From positions 64,001 through 128,000 of the forward strand of contig CAVPBK010000004.1 in assembly GCA_963701855.1 (NCBI GenBank): a stretch of DNA of 64,000 nt, in the 5' to 3' direction. Below are positions 62,306-64,000 of the stretch, in pieces (the stretch's first letter is position 1; each line of letters begins with the position of its first letter). The notes beneath the pieces are model-generated. The model saw only the letters and a program-made list of their open reading frames with translations, ran no database searches and had not been told where the DNA came from. This stretch comes from Nitrospirota bacterium. Its GTDB lineage: Bacteria; Nitrospirota; Nitrospiria; Nitrospirales; Nitrospiraceae. The position numbers and the translations under genes are program-made.

Positions 62306-64000
62306 ATGATGGATGGGCTTGGATCACGCGAGTCGATCATCAAGACCCTGGTGTCCCTCTGTCCTGATGTCGATGATGAGGTACTCCAGGACTTCGTGTC
62401 TCGGATGGACCCCGAGTACTTCGAGACGGTTCCAACCAGACACCATCGCACACCATATTCAGCTTGCCAGCCGGCTCACGCCGGACCATCCCTGCGAATT
62501 TTCGGTGATCGACAAACAAGCAGGGCCGATCGGAAATCAGCATCGTCGCCTACGATTACTTCTCGGAATTCGCCGCCATCTGCGGTGTGCTCTCGGCCTT
62601 CGGACTCAATATCGAAGAAGGACGGATCTATACCTTTATGGGGGCCACGCCCGCTCCCTCACCGCGCCGAAAGGCTCCCTCGACGGTCGGCAGACCTAAA
62701 GGCCGGCCCGGCCTCAGCCGCAAGAAAATCGTCGATGTCTTCCTGGTGCATCCCATAGACCGCACAGGCTTTCCCTCGCCGCAGCACAATGCCCTCAGAC
62801 AGACCGTCAGCGAGATCGTGCAACTGCTGGATGCCGGTCAGTTTGAAGAGGCGCGTCAATATGTCAACCGCCGGCTCGTCGAACGATTGGACAAGCAGCG
62901 GAGCGCCTTCACCGGCTTGCTCGATACGGTGCAGATTACCTTCGACAATCGCCAATCGCCGACAGATACGATCATGGACATCCAATCGGATGATACTCCG
63001 GCCTTCCTCTATGCGCTTGCGAATGGCTTGGCCATGCGCAACATCTACATTACCAAGGCCCAGATCGAATGCGACGGCGCCAAGCTGCACGATCGTTTCT
63101 TTGTCAGGAATCGCGATGGACAGAAACTGCTCGACTCCGCCGATCAGCAGCTACTGCGGCTGACCGCCGTGCTCATCAAACAATTCACGCATGCCTTGAC
63201 CTGGGCGTCCGACCCGGCTAAGGCACTGGCATCGTTCGACCAATTCCTGGATCTCATCGTGAAAGACCAGGGCAAGAGACGGCAAGAGCCAGGCGCTCGA
63301 CTTCATCAGCGATAAAAAAATATTTCCGTTGCTCGCGCAACTGCTCGGCGCCAGCGATTTCTTGTGGGAGGATTTTCTCCGACGCCAGCACGATAACCTC
63401 CTTCCGTTGCTCACAGAATACCGGGATGCACCCCTGATCAAACCGCAGGCAACCCTCCGAAAAGAGCTCGACCGTCTGGTCATGCGAGCCAAAACAGACG
63501 AAGCGCGAAAGGACGCGCTTGAACCGGTTTAAAGACCGTGAGATGTTCCGGATCGACATCAAACATATCGTCGAGCCCTCGAGCAATTTCCCTGACTTTT
63601 CGCTGGCGCTCACGGAACTGGCGGAAGTCATCATGGAACGGAGCATCGTAGATTGCAGCGCCAAGCTGGAGAAATCTTACGGGCGCCCACAGCTCGCCAA
63701 CAAGAAGCCCTGCCCCTTTGCCGTCCTGGGCCTGGGAAAATTCGGAGCGCGAGAGCTTGGCTATGCATCGGACATCGAGGTCCTGTTCGTCTACGGCGGA
63801 TCGGGCAGCACAAGCGGTATAGATGGAATTGAGAACAGCGAATACTTCGAGCGGCTGGCCCAGGAACTCCTGGGGTGGATCGAAGCCAAGCAAGAAGGCA
63901 TCTATCGCATTGATGTCCGGCTTCGACCGCACGGAGGCAAGGGCGCGCTGGCCAATGCGTTCGAGGAGGTCTGTCGCTACTACAGTCCAACCGGATTCGC
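62306..64000 (+). CDS. GlnE/GlnD-like protein with ACT-like region and adenylyltransferase domain (four apparent +1 indels; runs off the window edge)
   Basis: Stitched frames across about 62426, 62524, 63277 and 63520; LGLGKFGARELGYASDIE, IDVRLRP.G. Confidence 0.8.

Overview
A mostly housekeeping chromosomal segment of a moderately GC-rich bacterium, very probably Nitrospira (inferred from a Nitrospira-type chlorite dismutase inside the pur operon and from gene order). Core genes: gatA-panD-gatC, wecB, glmS-glmU, tmk-holB-metG, scpAB, ppx/gppA, recG, purF-purL-purQ-purS-purC-cld-purB-nusB-ribH-ribBA, a NarK-like MFS transporter, rpoH-groES-groEL, a histidine kinase/receiver pair and two divergent GlnE-like genes. 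I found no rRNA, tRNA, CRISPR array, integrase or transposase. The unusual content lies between the genes. (1) Two accessory islets rich in toxin-antitoxin genes or remnants (about 22.0-25.5 kb and 42.3-43.4 kb) are each bracketed by an intact gene and a decayed duplicate of that gene's terminus. (2) A modular family of MITE-like elements shares CAGGATGCT(G/C)AAAAA ends but carries different cargo. (3) A multi-copy hairpin has a conserved bulged core and co-varying outer stems, and copies separate single cargo genes. (4) A roughly 200-nt highly structured sequence lies directly upstream of an Abi_C gene. (5) Hexa-, hepta- and nonamer palindromic microsatellites invade gene ends. (6) metG contains a low-GC patch. 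Single-base indels in purL, groEL and both glnE-like genes are most likely sequencing errors. All product calls come from motif recognition by eye; no database searches were run.
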